Assembly (NCBI GenBank): GCA_945865695.1
Contig: CAMBFX010000003.1
Span: 1-48,303, forward strand
Direction: 5' to 3'
Length of the DNA: 48,303 nucleotides
Origin: Chryseobacterium gleum
GTDB taxonomy: Bacteria; Bacteroidota; Bacteroidia; Flavobacteriales_D; UBA2798
The position numbers and the translations under genes are program-made. The notes under the pieces were generated by a model. That model worked only from the letters and a program-made list of their open reading frames with translations. It did not search any database and was not told the DNA's origin. Within the stretch, counting starts at the first letter, position 1; each line of letters begins with the position of its first letter. Shown in pieces: positions 47,752 to 48,303 of this stretch.

Positions 47752-48303
47752 TCTTTATTTATTAATGATTTTAATATTCTTGCTGGGTTACCCACTACTA
47801 ACGAAAAGGGAGGAATATCCTTTGTTATTATTGACCCCGCTCCAATAATTGAACCCTTCCCAATAGTTACACCTTTCATAACAATAACGTTAAAACTTAA
47901 CCAAACATTATCCTCAATAACTACAGGTTTCGTCTCTACACCCGGATTAATCTTTGGATGACCTTGAGTGGTCATTTCAATAAATGAAGAAGCGCGTTGC
48001 AAATAATCAATTTCATGACTATTCGTATCACCAATAAAAACATTATGACTAATCAAAACATCATTTCCTATTTTGATACCAAGCTCAGAACCCGACCAAA
48101 TTCTTGCCCCTTCTCCGATAAATACATTATCTCCAATTTCAATTTGGCCTGCATACCGAAAGATCAGGAGTTGCCCCTTGCAAATTACTTGATTTCCAAT
48201 TCTGATATTTTCCCTTTTATGAGATAAATTATCAATACTCGTTTTCATACTGAAACGAGTATTTTGGCCAAATAGGCAATTTTTCCTTAGCTCTATATCA
48301 TGC
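47748..48303 (-). CDS. Hexapeptide-repeat O-acyltransferase (5'-truncated by window edge)
   Basis: IGDNVFIG, IGNDVLIS, IEDNVW, GVTIGKGSIIGAGSIITKD, GNPA. The frame stays open upstream of ATG 48248 to the window end. Confidence 0.9.
   Translation of the reverse strand, partial: HDIELRKNCLFGQNTRFSMKTSIDNLSHKRENIRIGNQVICKGQLLIFRYAGQIEIGDNVFIGEGARIWSGSELGIKIGNDVLISHNVFIGDTNSHEIDYLQRASSFIEMTTQGHPKINPGVETKPVVIEDNVWLSFNVIVMKGVTIGKGSIIGAGSIITKDIPPFSLVVGNPARILKSLINKE

Noticed and set aside
316-48227. Remaining short (60-112 aa) ORFs nested in or antisense to long genes
   Set aside because: They lie within well-supported CDSs and show no motifs; treated as spurious.

Overview
AT-rich Bacteroidota-type chromosomal window (T9SS C-terminal sorting domain, TAnnTTTG promoter elements, signal peptides cleaved before Gln). 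Left: the 3' part of dnaE, then a ~5 kb accessory patch. In it the dnaE 3' end recurs three more times (a 30-bp copy, a ~213-bp copy whose last 49 codons differ only synonymously, and a perfect 35-bp copy), interleaved with palindromes, three RhuM-domain genes (intact, truncated, and a RhuM-Fic fusion with a late nonsense codon) and two small exported orphans. Next is an M16 peptidase pair with a terminator. From 10.7 kb to the end is a ~37 kb mosaic surface-glycan locus: many GT4/GT2 enzymes, a Wzy/O-antigen-ligase-like protein, an AsnB-like amidotransferase, WecE, two epimerases, MBOAT+SGNH, two sulfotransferases, three methyltransferases, an acyltransferase, a deacetylase+GNAT pair, two CotH-family kinases, a metallophosphoesterase and a split GT-B enzyme. 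Embedded in it is the best candidate for an undescribed system: a five-gene, ATGA-coupled operon with its own consensus promoter. It encodes a T9SS cargo, three paralogous secreted proteins (phage tail-fibre-like domain plus an 8-Cys FGE/C-type-lectin-like domain) and a CxxC thioredoxin-fold protein. No rRNA, tRNA, CRISPR, integrase, transposase or reverse transcriptase was seen. Family calls come from motif recognition by eye, not database searches.
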